A DNA stretch of 62,415 bases, the filler included. It is 6 parts of 6 records of this genome, joined end to end, with 100 filler letters (N's around TTAATTAATTAA, not from the genome) between each part and the next. Parts side by side here need not be neighbours in the genome. Positions count along the whole stretch, not along the records: positions 57,029 to 62,415 come from DRR723986_10627; 5 more parts are not named here. One strand, given 5' to 3'. Below are positions 58,911 through 62,415 of the stretch, in pieces (the first letter of the stretch is position 1; each line of letters begins with the position of its first letter). Below the pieces are notes generated by a model. The model made no database searches. It was given only the letters and a program-made list of their open reading frames with translations, and was not told where the DNA came from. A program made the translations under genes and the position numbers.

Positions 58911-60367
58911 GCGGCGCCACTTTTGTTTCCAGCCTGCGAAAGTTTTCGGGCGGCGACGTAGTTATTGAGGCGCACACCCAGCGGCACATCTATAAAGCGT
59001 ACCACCACCTGCTTGCGGCCGGCTTCGCGCCAGGCTGAGTTAATTGTATAGATCAATAATCCCATGCTGATCCAGAGCGGCGCCATAACAAAGGAATTAG
59101 AAACCAGGCCGTGCACGACGTTCATCAGCAGAAAGTAGGGCATCACGCCGAGCATGCGAAAGGTGTCAACTGAAAACTCGTGGCTGCGCCGCTTCCAGTA
59201 AAACACGGCCATAAATGCCGCAACAAAGAGGCCGCCAAAAACAAGGACGCCGAAGCTGCCCAGCTCACCCATCACCGAAAAGAAGGTAGAATCCGAGAAC
59301 AAAACATCATTGACGCGCGCCGCCTCGGCCGATGAAAACAGTCCTACGCCCACACCAGTCAGCGGATATTGCATCCAGATTTCAAAGCCAGTTACAGCTG
59401 AAAGTGTGCGTGTACCGACCGATTCACCGGAAATCGCTTCGGCATAAGGGTGCGGCGCACTTCCGATAATGCCTCCAATGCGCTGGCCAAACAGGTCAAG
59501 CACACTGATCCCAATGATGGGCTGCAGAACCAGATCCACACCAATCAGCAGCCCCCCAAATCCGGCGACCGCCATTAGTAAGCGAAAGCGGTGTTTGCCG
59601 CGCTCAAACAGCAGCAAAGCCACCACAAGCATCGAGACACCCGCAAAACCCGAGAGCGAGAATGTCATCAGCAAAGCCGCCGAATAGGCCGCCGCCAGCG
59701 TCCAGTTCAAAGCATTGGAGGCAAAAAATTTCGGACGGCCCTGCAGCGCCGGAACCAGTAAATACATGATGCACATCGTCATGTATGTGGCCAGCACCGA
59801 AGGCTCAGAGAAAATCGAAGTCGCACGGAAAAAGTTTTCAAACTGCAGCGCCAGCTGACCCGACCAGCCGTGATCAACATCGCCGCCACGGGCGTAATAC
59901 ACCGAGACATTGGTGACGTCCAGCCACGCCAAAGGTAAATCAAAGGCACGCGCTATGACCTGATAAACGCCAAAAAGCGCCACGGGCAGGCCCCAGAGCA
60001 TGTAGGCGCGTACGGCATTAGTGAGCAGGTCACGACGCTCATCAATTCCGGCACAGATCACGGCAAACAGCCAGACAAAGACCCAGTGCACGGAGGTTTT
60101 AATGAACTGCACAAAACCATCGCCGGCCATGACGGGCTGCAGGCCCGAGAGCAAAACCACCGGTGCCAGCAGCAGCAGACAGAGCGTCAGAAGGTTGGGT
60201 GCAAAACGCAGCTCGCGGCCGTCCCAGAACATGTATTTAAGCATATAGATGTACAGGAAACCCTGCACCAGGTCCAGGGTTGTGACACCATAAGAACCGA
60301 CATTGGTGATCTGAAAAACACCAATGGTCCAGACTGTAAATACCAGAACAAAAAATACCTGAATCAC
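58907..60367 (-). CDS. O-antigen ligase/polymerase-like polytopic membrane protein
   Basis: Many TM segments; RATSIFSEPS, TFSLSG, YPLTGVGVG. Start taken at GTG 60367, downstream of a promoter-like motif. Confidence 0.75.
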   Translation of the reverse strand: MIQVFFVLVFTVWTIGVFQITNVGSYGVTTLDLVQGFLYIYMLKYMFWDGRELRFAPNLLTLCLLLLAPVVLLSGLQPVMAGDGFVQFIKTSVHWVFVWLFAVICAGIDERRDLLTNAVRAYMLWGLPVALFGVYQVIARAFDLPLAWLDVTNVSVYYARGGDVDHGWSGQLALQFENFFRATSIFSEPSVLATYMTMCIMYLLVPALQGRPKFFASNALNWTLAAAYSAALLMTFSLSGFAGVSMLVVALLLFERGKHRFRLLMAVAGFGGLLIGVDLVLQPIIGISVLDLFGQRIGGIIGSAPHPYAEAISGESVGTRTLSAVTGFEIWMQYPLTGVGVGLFSSAEAARVNDVLFSDSTFFSVMGELGSFGVLVFGGLFVAAFMAVFYWKRRSHEFSVDTFRMLGVMPYFLLMNVVHGLVSNSFVMAPLWISMGLLIYTINSAWREAGRKQVVVRFIDVPLGVRLNNYVAARKLSQAGNKSGAA

Positions 60368-60413
60368 GGAAGGTCGCCCGCTTGGGAATTGTGCGTAATT
60401 GCTGCAGAAGGGG

Positions 60414-60445
60414 CAAAAGTACGACAAATTGAGCACACCCCGAAA
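60414..60445 (-). promoter_or_regulatory. Bacteroidota-type housekeeping promoter
   Basis: Minus strand TTTC-N20-TACTTTTG against the -33 TTTG / -7 TANNTTTG consensus. Confidence 0.55.
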
Positions 60446-60636
60446 GCCCGTATTTTGTGCACTCACGCCAGAGTACCCTGCCTTGGCGGCGTAAGCAGCG
60501 ACGTCATGCCGTCACGGGTGTCGATAATTTTTCGAAAATGCTTGCGTCTGTGCAATTCGTATACCGCCATCGTGGCGGTAGCGCTCCCCGGTCCTGGCGT
60601 TACGCCCCAGATATGCTCATTTATCCTGTACGAGAT

Positions 60637-62214
60637 ATGAAGACCTACCTGTTTGTTCTATGCCTCATCGCCTGCAGCTCTGCTCTTCCGGTCCATGCCC
60701 AGTCCAATGGCGGCGAGCCGATGCTCTCGAAAGTACTCGTCCCCGAGCTTTCAATTTACGATGCTACCATCCTGCCGGTCATGAATGCCGATGAGAACGT
60801 CGCATTTACGTCCATCAAGTACTACGAAGAAAATGTAGGCGGCATGGCCGATCAGGACGACGGCTGGCGTTTTGAGCGCGATGCCGACGGCAATTGGGGG
60901 CCAGGCAAAAACCTGGGACCACCAATCAATACAATGGGCTCCGACGTAGTTTTCTGGTGTTCACCCGACGCCAAAACACTGCTGGTGAGTGGCAACTACA
61001 ACAAACGCGGCTATCGCAAGGCCGAAGGTTATACGATCTTCCGTTGGGACGGCCACAACTGGTCCGCTCCGCAACAGGTCTACGTCAAAAATTACATCAA
61101 CAATGGGCCAACTTATATGTGCGCTTTGGCGCCCGACGGCATGACGATGATTTTTTCGATCATGGGCCCGGACTCACGCGGCGAACTTGACCTCTACGTG
61201 GCACGCCAGTCCGTCGATTTCCCCGGCACCTGGGAAACACCGGTTTCGCTGGGCAATGTGATTAACAGTGAAGATTATGACGCCTACCCTCATCTGTGCG
61301 CCGACGGCAAAACGCTGTTCTTTACGCGCCACGACGGTGAGGGTGGTTTTGGAAATGCCGACCTGTACATGAGCCGGCGCCTGGACGACAGCTGGAAGAA
61401 TTGGTCAAAACCTGTCAACCTGGGCCTGCCGATCAACACCGAAGGTGAAGATATCTCACCCTGGATGTCACTCGACGGCAAAACACTTTTTTACGTCTCC
61501 TCCGCCGAAGGCATCACGGAAACGGGTGTCTACAAAACGGTTTTACCACGGGAATGGCGTCCCGAGCCCTACGCATATATCTCCGGCAAACTCACGTCGA
61601 ATGACGAAGAAGTTATGATGGAGCCGACGGTGCATGCTTATGCTGTGCAGTCCGAAGGTCAGCCAATCAAGGTTGGACACAGCTACAGTCAGCTGCCGGA
61701 AGGCACGTATGGCATGACGCTGACGTTGGGGCGCGAATATTTGGTAGAGGCCAGCGCTCCGGGTTATCCGCCGCAGTACAAGAGTATCGATCTGCGCACG
61801 GAAAAAGATATGCAGCGCTTCAAACACGACTTCCATTTTGAGCACGACAAGAAGTCACAGGAAGAACTTTCGATCGTCTACTTTGGCACGGGTGACGCCG
61901 TTGTAGGCAAGGACGCGCGCATTCAGTTGCGCAAGGCGGTTGTTCCGGCTCTCAGCGAAAATGGCCCACGCGTAGAAATTGTCGGCCACGCCGACGATCA
62001 GGGCACGGAGACCGACAATTTGCGCCTTTCGATGCGACGCGCCAAGGCGGTTGCCAAGCAGTTGGAAGACATGGGTGTTGACTATCGCCGCCTTACGGTT
62101 CGCGGTTTGGGTGAGAGTTCACCTGCCACTCCGGGCGAAAATCCGGACGCACGCCGCAGCAACCGACGCGTAGAGCTTTTCCTGGTCTACGATGGCCAGA
62201 CTGCCGACAAGTGA
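60637..62214 (+). CDS. OmpA-family protein with PD40 beta-propeller (PorE-like architecture without TPR)
   Basis: Signal peptide MKTYLFVLCLIACSSALPVHA; repeats NLGPPINT, SLGNVINS, NLGLPINT..P..S.DGKTLF; C-terminal IVGHADDQG..NLRLS.RRA..NRRVE. Confidence 0.88.
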   Translation: MKTYLFVLCLIACSSALPVHAQSNGGEPMLSKVLVPELSIYDATILPVMNADENVAFTSIKYYEENVGGMADQDDGWRFERDADGNWGPGKNLGPPINTMGSDVVFWCSPDAKTLLVSGNYNKRGYRKAEGYTIFRWDGHNWSAPQQVYVKNYINNGPTYMCALAPDGMTMIFSIMGPDSRGELDLYVARQSVDFPGTWETPVSLGNVINSEDYDAYPHLCADGKTLFFTRHDGEGGFGNADLYMSRRLDDSWKNWSKPVNLGLPINTEGEDISPWMSLDGKTLFYVSSAEGITETGVYKTVLPREWRPEPYAYISGKLTSNDEEVMMEPTVHAYAVQSEGQPIKVGHSYSQLPEGTYGMTLTLGREYLVEASAPGYPPQYKSIDLRTEKDMQRFKHDFHFEHDKKSQEELSIVYFGTGDAVVGKDARIQLRKAVVPALSENGPRVEIVGHADDQGTETDNLRLSMRRAKAVAKQLEDMGVDYRRLTVRGLGESSPATPGENPDARRSNRRVELFLVYDGQTADK

Positions 62215-62291
62215 TGTTTTGATGGCTTTGACCGCCGCGCCCTCTCGCTATCGCGAATCTGGCTAGCTTTTTTTTACTGTTAGAAAACGAG

Positions 62292-62327
62292 ACTGCAGGC
62301 TCAGGTTCATGAGTCTGCAGTTTTTTT
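62292..62327 (+). terminator. Intrinsic terminator after the OmpA-family gene
   Basis: ACTGCAGGCTCA-GGTTCA-TGAGTCTGCAGT-TTTTTT. Confidence 0.8.
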
Positions 62328-62415
62328 GTGTCGAGTTTTTGGGAATTCAGTCTTGGGGCCGGCTCAGGGAATCGAGTCTTGAGAGTTTTCGGCTGTGAGC
62401 ACTTAGGGCTGTGAG

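Overview
This window is not one locus. It is six unrelated contigs joined by identical 100-bp artificial linkers (44 N + TTAATTAATTAA + 44 N) at 6405-6504, 23892-23991, 30198-30297, 37198-37297 and 56929-57028. Contig 1 (1-6404, Marinobacter-like gammaproteobacterium) carries stand-alone trpB2, a divergent PepSY / PepSY-OmpR-histidine kinase module and spoVR-yeaH. Contig 2 (6505-23891, Marinobacter-like) carries smc-zipA-ligA, a 912-aa Ig/Calx-beta/beta-propeller lipoprotein, a CBS-pair protein, mnmC, ppiA, an MshEN-domain fusion protein, flgN-flgM-flgA / cheV-cheR, an NhaR-like LysR with a likely target gene, a ChrR-type cupin, an isochorismatase and a truncated tRNA-Ser. Contig 3 (23992-30197, Rhodobacteraceae-like) carries a GcvT-family dehydrogenase, LysE, an XRE-cupin regulator, flavodoxin, a GMC oxidoreductase, Lrp/ald and a CDF transporter end. 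Contig 4 (30298-37197, alphaproteobacterial) carries nuoA-G with a GFA-family gene inserted, and a truncated tRNA-Asp. Contig 5 (37298-56928, Hyphomonas-like) carries katG, hppA, thiL, an amidohydrolase, accA, a pilin-less Tad/Cpa cluster, a threonine dehydratase, galU, an SDR and pntAA-pntAB-pntB. Contig 6 (57029-62415, FCB/Bacteroidota-like) carries a small phosphatase, a GT4, an O-antigen ligase-like protein, a PD40-OmpA protein and REP-like hairpins. Most genes are housekeeping, and no CRISPR array, transposase, integrase or prophage is visible. The best candidate for something undescribed is a complete tandem MshEN c-di-GMP-binding module fused through an internal signal-peptide-like segment to a DUF6160/FilA-like domain (16528-17274). 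Other leads are a CBS protein behind a near-perfect sigma28 promoter, a transhydrogenase alpha-2 subunit with an apparent cleavable signal peptide, an NhaR box in front of an uncharacterised gene, and tandem 27-bp XRE operators. All taxonomic and family assignments come from motif recognition by eye; no database searches were run.
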